From: a virus
DNA: 64,000 nt
Virus record (IMG/VR): IMGVR_UViG_3300025018_000098
Location: 96,001-160,000 of that record
Strand: one strand, 5' to 3'
Position numbers and translations under genes: made by a program. This document shows positions 1 to 8,077 of this stretch, one piece after another (positions within the stretch are counted from its first letter, which is position 1; each line of letters opens with the position of its first letter). A model generated the notes under the pieces. It was not told the DNA's origin, did not search any database, and saw nothing but the letters and a program-made list of their open reading frames with translations.

Positions 1-717
1 ACCCTCAAGAAGATGGTCCAGCTGGCACTGCCGTTCACTGACAAGCAGCTCTTCGGACCCAGTGCGGCTCGAGAGGAGATGTTGGAGGAGAGGGAGTACC
101 TCTTCTCTGGCACCTGCGTGTCCTGTGGCAAGGAGTGCGACTTCCTCGACGAGGCGGACCTGCTCAAGGTCTGGTACTGCGTCCCGTGTAACATCAACTA
201 CCCGAAGTACCTCAACGCCCGCATCGCCTGCCAGACGCTGGGCACCGAGTGGGGACGTAGGCTCAACAAGGACTTCTGGGTCACTGCCTCACTCCATAGG
301 ACCTCGGAGGATCACTGCGTGTACACGGACACTCGCTTCATGAACGAGTGGGAGGCCATCCGGAACAAGGGTGGGTTCTTGATCCGGATCCACCGAGGTA
401 GGCAGAGCTACGCCCACGAGAGTGAGAGAGCTCTGGCGAACACCCCAGAGACCTTCTTCGACTACGTGATCGACAACCAGTACAGCTTTGGGAACCTCCA
501 GCTACGCCTAGACGTCATCATGGCGGACATCCACCGTAAGCTGTGGGGAGAAGAAGCATACCTAGACGCGTGGGTGTGCAACCTGCAGCGCTACCGAGCC
601 ACTGCAGTACACAGCTACGGGGAGAAAGATCCCCGGACCAAGTTCTTCACACGAGCCGTACAAGGCCTTCGTGCGAAGCTGACCACACTAAACAAGGAGA
701 ACGAGACAGATGCATGA
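1..717 (+). CDS. Deoxynucleoside monophosphate kinase, 5'-truncated by the window edge, with a Zn-ribbon insertion
   Basis: Frame is open from base 1 (TLKKM..). Motifs QTLGTEWGR, DFWV, TDTRFMNEWEAIR.KGG, HESE and FDYVIDN are typical of phage dNMP kinases. The P-loop must lie upstream of the window. Confidence 0.85.
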   Translation, partial: TLKKMVQLALPFTDKQLFGPSAAREEMLEEREYLFSGTCVSCGKECDFLDEADLLKVWYCVPCNINYPKYLNARIACQTLGTEWGRRLNKDFWVTASLHRTSEDHCVYTDTRFMNEWEAIRNKGGFLIRIHRGRQSYAHESERALANTPETFFDYVIDNQYSFGNLQLRLDVIMADIHRKLWGEEAYLDAWVCNLQRYRATAVHSYGEKDPRTKFFTRAVQGLRAKLTTLNKENETDA

Positions 718-1537
718 TATGACCAGCCAAATCCAGAAACTCCTCGGGGACAAGAAGCCCACTCGAGGCAACATGTATGAGCTGCTGAAGACGCTCAACC
801 CCGAGCGCGCTGTGGGACACTCCCGCAGCCGAAGTGACCTCATCTTCAACATGCTCGTGGAACACCTCCTCGAGGCCCAGCCCAGCGCACCTGAGCCGGA
901 GACGACGGCACTCCAAGCGGCTATCGACGAGGGTGACGCAAGCCCGGTGGTGGATCACTCGCCGGAGCGCATTGCGCAGAGGATCGACCAGGAGGTTGCT
1001 GCGGAGGAAGAGCCCAAGGGGCTTGACTTCAGCGCTGCGCAGACCAGCCGACTTCGCTCGGACAACACGAACCCGAGCCCACCCATGCAGGACCCGGACA
1101 TCCGTCCTCCGCTCCTCCCCGGGCTCGAGCCTCCCGATGAGGAGGCCCCCAACCTCCTTGAGCTCCCGGAAGGGGCTGAGCCTCCGGAGGGCTACACCCG
1201 TGTCCGGAACTACGAGGGCCTGCCCTTCTGCATCGCGAAGGATGGCGGTGACCCCGAGCGCGAGCTGACCCAGAAGGAGTGCTTCTGGTTGCAGGACATT
1301 GGCCAGATCCTGAAGATCATCGGCCCCAAGCAGAAGATCATCAAGAACAACGGTAAGATGGTGCGCTTCGACCCACACAAGAACGCGCGCAAGGCGCTCA
1401 AGCGTGCCCTCAAGCAGCTCTCCTGGGTAGGCATCCAGGTGCTCAATCCGGTGGCCGACGAGATGGTCACGATGAACGAGTCTGACCTCGAGGAATCGCA
1501 CGTGCACGGACCCGAGTGTGGGCACACACACGCATGA
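710..1537 (+). CDS. Hypothetical protein with Pro/Glu-rich linker and His/Cys-rich C-terminus (HVHGPECGHTHA)
   Basis: Long ORF with an AAGGAG RBS and phage-like codon usage; overlaps the previous stop. Confidence 0.7.
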   Translation: MHDMTSQIQKLLGDKKPTRGNMYELLKTLNPERAVGHSRSRSDLIFNMLVEHLLEAQPSAPEPETTALQAAIDEGDASPVVDHSPERIAQRIDQEVAAEEEPKGLDFSAAQTSRLRSDNTNPSPPMQDPDIRPPLLPGLEPPDEEAPNLLELPEGAEPPEGYTRVRNYEGLPFCIAKDGGDPERELTQKECFWLQDIGQILKIIGPKQKIIKNNGKMVRFDPHKNARKALKRALKQLSWVGIQVLNPVADEMVTMNESDLEESHVHGPECGHTHA

Positions 1538-1743
1538 GACGTACACACGTCGTCTGCTCTCGGTGTCCGAATGAGGCCATCATGGACGGGACTGTGAGGC
1601 TGCCTCCCCGCTGGCTACACGTGTTCATACGTACGCAAGGGTCCGGGGATTCCAGCGAGTACATGGAGGGTACTGTGGAGCTCTGTCCCTCGTGCAGCAT
1701 CATTACGCGAGCAGCCCTTCCTGCAGTGTTCGGCCGGATATAG
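1534..1743 (+). CDS. Small CxxC..CxxC zinc-finger protein
   Basis: ATGA overlap with the previous gene; CSRC and CPSC motifs. Confidence 0.5.
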   Translation: MRRTHVVCSRCPNEAIMDGTVRLPPRWLHVFIRTQGSGDSSEYMEGTVELCPSCSIITRAALPAVFGRI

Positions 1744-1756
1744 GAGTGACACGATT

Positions 1757-1779
1757 GAGGGGGCCATGGGGCCCCCTCA
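1757..1779. terminator. GC-rich hairpin between convergent genes
   Basis: gagggggcc-atgg-ggccccctc inverted repeat. Confidence 0.55.
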
Positions 1780-1790
1780 TCTCTCCTTTG

Positions 1791-2081
1791 CTACTCGACC
1801 GTGATGTCGATGGCAGGTGCTGGTGGCTTCTTCTTTTTGCCACTCACCTTGCGGCGAGATGACGTCTTCTCCAATCGCTTCGTAATGATCTCGAGGTGGG
1901 TGTCCACGATCACGCGGCACTCGTCACAGAGGTGCTGCATGTTGTGCTCCTCCTCGCCTCGAACGACGATGTACACCGCGGTCGGCTCTTCCTTGGGGTG
2001 CTGCATCTCTTCTGCAGTGACTTGAATCTCGTCGATGCGTGGGCAGCGAGAGCATGGGCGTTTCTGAAAGAACATGTTCAC
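1791..2081 (-). CDS. Hypothetical Zn-binding protein with basic tail
   Basis: CSRC...HLCDEC motifs; overlaps the upstream gene. Confidence 0.55.
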   Translation of the reverse strand: MNMFFQKRPCSRCPRIDEIQVTAEEMQHPKEEPTAVYIVVRGEEEHNMQHLCDECRVIVDTHLEIITKRLEKTSSRRKVSGKKKKPPAPAIDITVE

Positions 2082-2296
2082 TTCTCAGTCTGGGAGTGGG
2101 CGTAAAGGATGTACGCCTTGACGGCGGTACGCTCGATGGTGGTCAAGGCGGTATCCGGGACGGTAGTACTACCCTTGCTTCGCTCGCGGTACCACTTCTC
2201 GAAGGAGGCGATCTCCCCGCTGAGTACTCGGTCCAGCTCCTCCCGGGACATCTCGTCGGGCAGGGGCTCAAGAGTTACGTGTACGTGCAGTGGCAT
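2078..2296 (-). CDS. Hypothetical protein
   Basis: Tiles between its neighbours with overlapping start/stop codons. Confidence 0.6.
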   Translation of the reverse strand: MPLHVHVTLEPLPDEMSREELDRVLSGEIASFEKWYRERSKGSTTVPDTALTTIERTAVKAYILYAHSQTEK

Positions 2297-2630
2297 TGCG
2301 TGTTCGCTTCTTTCTGGTGGTCTTTACGGGCTCAGGTTCCGGCTCAGGCTCAGGCTCAGGCTCAGGCTCTTCCCCAGGAGGGAGAACCTTCAGCTCGTCG
2401 ACCTCCTTGATACGATCTGAGATGTCGCCGATCTCTTCCTCGAGCTCAGTCACCACGAGCTTGATGTGCTCCTCGGGGACCACGCCGTAGTCCTCACGTC
2501 GGATGCGCTGGTAGGGGCTGCCTGCGTCGGTAGCCAGGTAGTGTGTCTCCAAGAATGCGATGAGCTCCCTGCGCACAGAGATTCTCGAGCGCAGTTCGGA
2601 GAGCTGCTTGTAGTACTCAGAGACAGACAT
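2268..2630 (-). CDS. Hypothetical coiled-coil protein with (EP)n tract
   Basis: ORF tiling; EEPEPEPEPEPEPEP. Confidence 0.65.
   Translation of the reverse strand: MSVSEYYKQLSELRSRISVRRELIAFLETHYLATDAGSPYQRIRREDYGVVPEEHIKLVVTELEEEIGDISDRIKEVDELKVLPPGEEPEPEPEPEPEPEPVKTTRKKRTRNATARTRNS
2328..2369. repeat. Hexamer tandem repeat (ggctca)n encoding Glu-Pro
   Basis: ggctcaggttccggctcaggctcaggctcaggctcaggctc. Confidence 0.85.
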
Positions 2631-2632
2631 TG

Positions 2633-3340
2633 TCAGGCTCGCAAGAAGTTCAAGAAGACCTTCTCGAGGTCAGCCCCGTTGGCTGTGTCCTGGATGATCG
2701 TCTTGAGTGAATAGATGACCCAGTGCTCACGGACTGTACGCACCTGACTTAGTACGTCCCCCTGCACTTTGGTGTCGCTCGCCCGCTCATTGGCTGTGCG
2801 GAGATCCCCCGCCAGCGTGAGCATCCGAACGTCGGCGTTCGCTCCTAGCAGGAGGAACATCTTCAACAGTAGGCGGGCCCACTGGTAGTCGTGCAGCGAG
2901 GCGAAGACCTGGCCTGTGAGCTCAGAGGGCTTGAAGGCGTTCCTACACTCGGGGCAGACAGCGACATGACGTGAGATGTACTTGAGCTCGAGTGGGTGAT
3001 TACACGGCTTGACGTTGCCCGTGGCCAGGTCCGTACGCTGCCCAGAGCAGAAGTACACAACCTCATCCCCGCCGCCGTTGTCGAAGCCCCCGTTGGTCCA
3101 CGCCATGATCATGGCTGGGGTCGGAGCCTTCCGGGAGCGGCTGCCGTGGAACACGATCTCCAGCTTGAAGCGGGCCATGTTCTTGTCGATGCCAAGACCA
3201 ACCTCCTCGTAGAGAGCCGCCAGCTGCTCCGACAGGGCCTCACTGACCTCAAGCCCATCGCCCTCGCCGGCCATGTCGTAGACGTCACCCATACCCTCAG
3301 GAAGAGCCGACCTACCCTCTGCATCTACGAGACCACTCAC
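2633..3340 (-). CDS. Hypothetical protein with Zn-ribbon (C..CNH..CPEC)
   Basis: 235-aa ORF; coupled start/stop. Confidence 0.7.
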   Translation of the reverse strand: MSGLVDAEGRSALPEGMGDVYDMAGEGDGLEVSEALSEQLAALYEEVGLGIDKNMARFKLEIVFHGSRSRKAPTPAMIMAWTNGGFDNGGGDEVVYFCSGQRTDLATGNVKPCNHPLELKYISRHVAVCPECRNAFKPSELTGQVFASLHDYQWARLLLKMFLLLGANADVRMLTLAGDLRTANERASDTKVQGDVLSQVRTVREHWVIYSLKTIIQDTANGADLEKVFLNFLRA

Positions 3341-3792
3341 GTGTTACCTCCGGGTGTGCCGGACATCAGGCCCTGAGACACAAGACTGTTCGCGATACGT
3401 GGGTCATGCCCACCCATGAGCTTGCCCTTGGCGGCGTCAACCTCGTAACGCTTCTGACCCACCAGGGGGAACGACGTGATGTCCACACCGGCCTTGAGGC
3501 TGTTCAGCACCTGCTCCGTCAAGATCCGCTGGGCGACGCGGACGTTGCCTCTCAGCGTGATGCGCCAGTTGTACTTGATCTGCCCACCGATCGTGCGCAG
3601 ATGCTTGCTGACGTCGGCAGACCACTGCTCAGCATCCTCCGCGATGGGGAGGAACTCCTGCATCAAGGTGCGCCATCGAGTAGAAACCTGCTCTTCGAGG
3701 CTCAGGCGCAGATGCAGAGTAAGTCCGTCCGACTCCTTGCTCGCCTTGATGACCGTGATGCCGATCTTGTTCAATGCTTGGTCGAGTCTCAT
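3337..3792 (-). CDS. Hypothetical protein
   Basis: ORF tiling; GGAG RBS. Confidence 0.7.
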   Translation of the reverse strand: MRLDQALNKIGITVIKASKESDGLTLHLRLSLEEQVSTRWRTLMQEFLPIAEDAEQWSADVSKHLRTIGGQIKYNWRITLRGNVRVAQRILTEQVLNSLKAGVDITSFPLVGQKRYEVDAAKGKLMGGHDPRIANSLVSQGLMSGTPGGNT

Positions 3793-3793
3793 T

Positions 3794-4306
3794 TCACACT
3801 CCCATGTCGATGACTACGCCACGGACTACGTTGCTCAGAAGTGCACCGCCTGCAGTACCCGTGAGCACGATACGGCCTGGTCCATACTTCTCGTTCTTGT
3901 ACAGCACGACATCGACACCAAGTACCTTCTCGACGTTGTGATCAAACCCCAACCAGGCAGAGAAGAGCTCAATGTCCTGAACTAGGATGTGACTTGGCAC
4001 GAGACGCAGGCTGCTGACCTGCTGAGAGGCGCGCACCAAGGTGATGTACGGGTTCTCTGCGGGATCGAACTCGAGGGCGACGAGCTCGATGCTTTCGAGA
4101 AGAGCATTCGTGTCGAAGACGGCCTCTTCTTGGAGCTCCGGAGGCACAACGGCCTCACCCTCATCAACAGTGCGCCAGGTGACGACGCTGTCTGGGGTCA
4201 CCTCGAGCTTGACCACGTTGTTCAGGGCGAGGACTCGTCGGATGTAGTCCAAGATCCCGTCCATCGACTGAGGTAGCGCGGCTTCATGTTTTCGGAGGCT
4301 AGGCAT
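3794..4306 (-). CDS. Hypothetical protein
   Basis: ORF tiling. Confidence 0.7.
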   Translation of the reverse strand: MPSLRKHEAALPQSMDGILDYIRRVLALNNVVKLEVTPDSVVTWRTVDEGEAVVPPELQEEAVFDTNALLESIELVALEFDPAENPYITLVRASQQVSSLRLVPSHILVQDIELFSAWLGFDHNVEKVLGVDVVLYKNEKYGPGRIVLTGTAGGALLSNVVRGVVIDMGV

Positions 4307-4517
4307 CAGACCCTCGCAGTGCTTCTAAGATGGTGTCCCGCTGTTGTTGCTTCCCCGTGCTCCGCCTGCGAGACACAGAACGCTTGAGCGTCCCTACAGC
4401 CTCGGCAAGGACGTCTGATGCACTCATGCCCTTCTCCTCAGCGTACTCCGTAACGAAGTCCGCCAGGTGCATGGGAAGCCGCGTAGCGAACGGCTTTGAT
4501 TTAGGGATCCGGGCCAT
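4299..4517 (-). CDS. Ribbon-helix-helix (CopG/Arc-like) DNA-binding protein
   Basis: FATRLP beta-strand followed by LADFVTEYAEEKGMSASDVLAEAV helix-G-S-helix pattern. Confidence 0.7.
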   Translation of the reverse strand: MARIPKSKPFATRLPMHLADFVTEYAEEKGMSASDVLAEAVGTLKRSVSRRRSTGKQQQRDTILEALRGSDA

Positions 4518-4557
4518 GTTTACGTTTACAGTAAACGCACCGGATCCACTACGTCAA
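4518..4557 (-). promoter_or_regulatory. Sigma70-like promoter (TTGACG-N18-TACTGT) overlapped by a GTTTAC/GTAAAC operator-like palindrome
   Basis: Minus strand reads ttgacg tagtggatccggtgcgtt tactgt aaacgtaaac ATG. Confidence 0.5.
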
Positions 4558-4856
4558 GCCGATTCGTCCTGTTGAATCTGCCTCAAACCATCGAGGAACT
4601 CGCGGAGCCCTGAAAAGCCGGGGAAGATCTCTGTAAACCGTCTCACTACAAAGTCATGGGCGGCGTCCAGATCGGCATCGCTAGGGGTGAGCCCCCCGAG
4701 GAACACCGCGGTGTGTAGTTCCTCTTCAATCGTGGACTTCAGCGCTGGGTTGGTCGCCAACCAGAAAGGCAGCCATGTCCACGTGATCTCAACCACACCA
4801 TCTCGTTCTTGTACCAGCCGCATCAAAGCCCTCGAACTGTTGCCTGCATGAGCCAA
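4554..4856 (-). CDS. Hypothetical protein (start may be at 4823)
   Basis: ORF tiling. Confidence 0.6.
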   Translation of the reverse strand: MAHAGNSSRALMRLVQERDGVVEITWTWLPFWLATNPALKSTIEEELHTAVFLGGLTPSDADLDAAHDFVVRRFTEIFPGFSGLREFLDGLRQIQQDESA

Positions 4857-6490
4857 GCCGTGGCATCCGTACGATCATCCGCATGGGTCCAGTCTCGCTC
4901 AATGGTGAACCAGAATGGCTTATCTGCGACAAGTCCTGCAAGCGTAATCGGCACCTCGTACATCGTGTTGCGCGCCGTGAAGGCAACGCTGGCGTCGATG
5001 ATGTTCGGAGGCATGACGTAGGGGGACACGCTGCCGTACCGAACACGGAAGCGGGCAAGGTCATCGCCGGAGCCATCGCTCTCCGCGGTGAGGTAGAGGC
5101 GCAAGACCGGACTGGACACCCCGGTGTACGCTTGGAACCAAGGTCGCATGAAGCGCCCACCTGCGCTGACCACGAAGTTGCGGATGTACCCCGTCGTGGC
5201 GTTGGCGTCGTGTACACCGAACTGGGCGTAGAGCTCGTTGGACAGCGGTGCGGCTCCCGCGGCGTCCGCAACGCTCAGGTTGGGGGAGGTCAGGTCGTTG
5301 TGATTCCAGTACACATCGTCGGTCTGTGTTCGGTTCACAACCAGGCCCGTGTTTTGCCAGCCTCGTAGGTCCTGGAAGGAGGCGCCCAAGGGGTTGGCAG
5401 CACTTGTGAGGGGGGAGAGTCCAGTCCTTCCTGTAACAATGGCCAAGCCTCCGAGTGGTTTGTACAACACACCCCCACCCTTGTAGTCGGTGTCTCCCGT
5501 GTCCGAGTAGAACCCATCGAAGGTGAGCCCGTCGAATCCACCGGCACCTCCAGTGAGGATCATGGCCCGGGAGTACGTGAAGACCTGCGTAGGAGCACTC
5601 GCCAGAGCTAGGCTCTGCGTGTACCGAATGTCCCCGCCTGCGCTGTTGAGGGCCAGGACCCCGGCGCTGGCCAAGGAGAAGTCCCCGGCAGGCCCAGTTC
5701 CGACCTTCGTGAACCCTTGCGCGGCCGGATCCGTGCCGAACCGAGCGTCATACTCGATGACGCCCTGTACTCGGTCGAAGGGGATACCTCGTACCGCGCT
5801 CTGCTGTGGCTGCACGCTGTTGGTCTTGTACTTCCAGGCATGTTCTACCCAAAAGGCCGGAGCACCGTTGAGGTCGGCATCGCTGGGGTTGAGTGTGATC
5901 ACGGTGTTCTCCAGATATACGCTACCGAGCTCGAGCTCGTAGCCTGTGCATGTGTTGACGAGGGTGACTTCATAGATGCCGTCTTCAGACACGACTGGCA
6001 GGGGGGCACTGTACCGGGTGTCCGCAACCAGACCAGCCCCTGGTGTAGGTACTGGCCCCTCTAACGGGATACTCGAGGTCAGTACCGGTTGTAGCGGACC
6101 AACATCCCTCTTGACGTCCTGCAGGAACACCTCTCCGAAGGGGCCCTCGAAGCGTACATAAAGACATGCCGCATCTACATCCGCAGTACTAGGGATGTAG
6201 ATGCGAGAGCCTGCCCGGTACCCGCCCAGGAAGGCGCCCGTGACTAGGGTGCGTTGAGATCGCCTACGCTGGCAGCTCTCACACGTGATGGAGGCCTCGA
6301 CGATGGGTGTAGTCACGCTGAAGAGGCCATACTCCCCAACACCCAGCCCTGCCCCGAGGGAGCCTCCGAGCGGAGTTGCCCCAAAGCCACCCCCAGTGTC
6401 GTACAAGAACCACTGCGAGACGGTAGTTGTGCTCGTGGCTCTGGACTCTCTGAAGCGACGGTAGCCGCAGGTGCAGCGCTCGTTGGCCAT
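4823..6490 (-). CDS. Putative virion structural protein, beta-rich, with N-terminal Cys pairs
   Basis: 555 aa, rich in G/T/S/A and aromatic residues; in an operon with tail-like genes. Confidence 0.55.
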   Translation of the reverse strand: MANERCTCGYRRFRESRATSTTTVSQWFLYDTGGGFGATPLGGSLGAGLGVGEYGLFSVTTPIVEASITCESCQRRRSQRTLVTGAFLGGYRAGSRIYIPSTADVDAACLYVRFEGPFGEVFLQDVKRDVGPLQPVLTSSIPLEGPVPTPGAGLVADTRYSAPLPVVSEDGIYEVTLVNTCTGYELELGSVYLENTVITLNPSDADLNGAPAFWVEHAWKYKTNSVQPQQSAVRGIPFDRVQGVIEYDARFGTDPAAQGFTKVGTGPAGDFSLASAGVLALNSAGGDIRYTQSLALASAPTQVFTYSRAMILTGGAGGFDGLTFDGFYSDTGDTDYKGGGVLYKPLGGLAIVTGRTGLSPLTSAANPLGASFQDLRGWQNTGLVVNRTQTDDVYWNHNDLTSPNLSVADAAGAAPLSNELYAQFGVHDANATTGYIRNFVVSAGGRFMRPWFQAYTGVSSPVLRLYLTAESDGSGDDLARFRVRYGSVSPYVMPPNIIDASVAFTARNTMYEVPITLAGLVADKPFWFTIERDWTHADDRTDATAWLMQATVRGL

Positions 6491-6882
6491 CAGCGTGTGT
6501 CCTTGAGCAAGTTGATGAGCGTCGTGATGAAGCCTGCAAAGGCTGCGATCACCGCCACGACCACAGTGGCTAGTGTGCGGTACTTGGCGCTGTCCCGCTG
6601 AACCCCGGCCACCTCGCCCGCGGCGCTGAGCTCGAGGGCTCGGACCTTGGTGGTGTCCTTCTCGGAGTTCCGCTCCTGAGTATCGATCCTGTGCATGAGC
6701 AGCGTCAGCTTCTTCTCGTTCTCGTGGACGGACGTAGACACAGCTGTAACGGCAGCCCGAACCTCTCCAATGGTTCGGTCATTCTGCTCCAGGAGCATGT
6801 TCAGGCTGGCCACAGCGAGGGTGAGGTCGCTCCGCAACTGATTGACCTCCTTGGCCAGCTCCTTGTAGTCCTCGGGGCTCAT
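6490..6882 (-). CDS. Coiled-coil protein with one C-terminal TM helix (holin/XhlA-like architecture)
   Basis: Heptad-rich N-terminus followed by TLATVVVAVIAAFAGFITTLINLL. Confidence 0.5.
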   Translation of the reverse strand: MSPEDYKELAKEVNQLRSDLTLAVASLNMLLEQNDRTIGEVRAAVTAVSTSVHENEKKLTLLMHRIDTQERNSEKDTTKVRALELSAAGEVAGVQRDSAKYRTLATVVVAVIAAFAGFITTLINLLKDTR

Positions 6883-7652
6883 GACGTGCCCTCCTTACGA
6901 CGAATGATGTCGTACAGATTCCCTCGAGCCTCTGCCGCACTTGTGGGCGGGGCAATATCTTGCGTGATTCGCGTCATGTTCTTCGTAGCCAAGTCCTGCA
7001 CAGAGCTTGTCCGGGCCCTGCGCTCGCCGCGTAGTGTACTTCGTATGTCCTTGAGCACCCCATCGATGCCGTACTTCTCTGCAAGAGCCTCAAAGGGTTC
7101 GATGTGGCTTCGAGCACTCCTGTGTATGTACGTGTCCACCTCGGCTAGGTACTCCACGATCTTCAAGAGGTGGCCCCGGAGCAGGGCAAGCGCCGGGTCC
7201 TCCACAGTTGGGGTCTCCTGCATCATCCGCAGAGACTCCTGGGTCAACCCTTGTGTGACCTCCCGATTCTGGTTGCGGCGGATCGACATCATAATGGTGC
7301 GCTCGAGCGCCTGACCCTGGATCTCATTCTTGATGAGGTAGTCCTGCGCACCAAGAGAGATGCACCTCGAGGCTGTACCCATGTCGTCGTACCCGGTTGT
7401 GACAATCACGACAGCAGAGGGGTACTTGTGCAGGAAGGTCACCGCAGTATCGATGCCCATTGAATCTGGCAGTGTGAGGTCCAGCAGCACCACATCGATG
7501 GGTTGGGTATCCATGACCAACAAAGCAGAGCTCAGGTACTCTGTGTGGGTCACCTCAAACTGATACTGCGTCGACTTACTCAACAGGCGCTTGAAGTAGA
7601 CTGTGTCTCCTTCATTGTCCTCAACTAGAAGTACCCGAATGGCTGTATTCAT
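6879..7652 (-). CDS. Response regulator: REC domain plus ~130-aa unrecognised helical C-terminal domain
   Basis: VLLVEDNEGD, DVVLLDLTLPDSMG (phospho-acceptor Asp), IVTTG, GAQDYLIK. Confidence 0.9.
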   Translation of the reverse strand: MNTAIRVLLVEDNEGDTVYFKRLLSKSTQYQFEVTHTEYLSSALLVMDTQPIDVVLLDLTLPDSMGIDTAVTFLHKYPSAVVIVTTGYDDMGTASRCISLGAQDYLIKNEIQGQALERTIMMSIRRNQNREVTQGLTQESLRMMQETPTVEDPALALLRGHLLKIVEYLAEVDTYIHRSARSHIEPFEALAEKYGIDGVLKDIRSTLRGERRARTSSVQDLATKNMTRITQDIAPPTSAAEARGNLYDIIRRKEGTS

Positions 7653-8077
7653 GATGCGATCTCGGCAAACTCAAACCAGTGCCTGTAGATAGTACCTGCC
7701 AGCTGCCTAAATGTCTCTGGGTCCCCTGGCTTCACCATGTAGCAGTTGGCGCTCATGTCGTAGGCCACCAGTATGTCCTCGTGCGCTCGAGAGCTCGTCA
7801 GGATGAGGACAGGTATGCGGCGCAGTACAGGGTCTCGTTTGATCTCCGCTAAAACGTCCTGCCCGGAACGCAGAGGCAAGTTGAGATCAAGTAGGATGAG
7901 GTCTGGTTGCGGCTCCTTGGGGTCCCGAAGATATTCTAGTGCCAAGACCCCGTTTTCGACAGAATGGATGTGTGCCTGCTGGGTGATCCTGTTGAACGCG
8001 CGCCGAGTCAGTACAACATCACCTGGGTTGTCCTCAACAAGTAGTATCCGTCGTAGTTTGGGGGGAGTCGAAGTCAC
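7649..8077 (-). CDS. Single-domain response regulator, Rcp1-like
   Basis: ILLVEDNPGD, PDLILLDLNLP, LRRIPVLILTSS, ANCYMVKP, HWF. Confidence 0.93.
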   Translation of the reverse strand: MTSTPPKLRRILLVEDNPGDVVLTRRAFNRITQQAHIHSVENGVLALEYLRDPKEPQPDLILLDLNLPLRSGQDVLAEIKRDPVLRRIPVLILTSSRAHEDILVAYDMSANCYMVKPGDPETFRQLAGTIYRHWFEFAEIAS

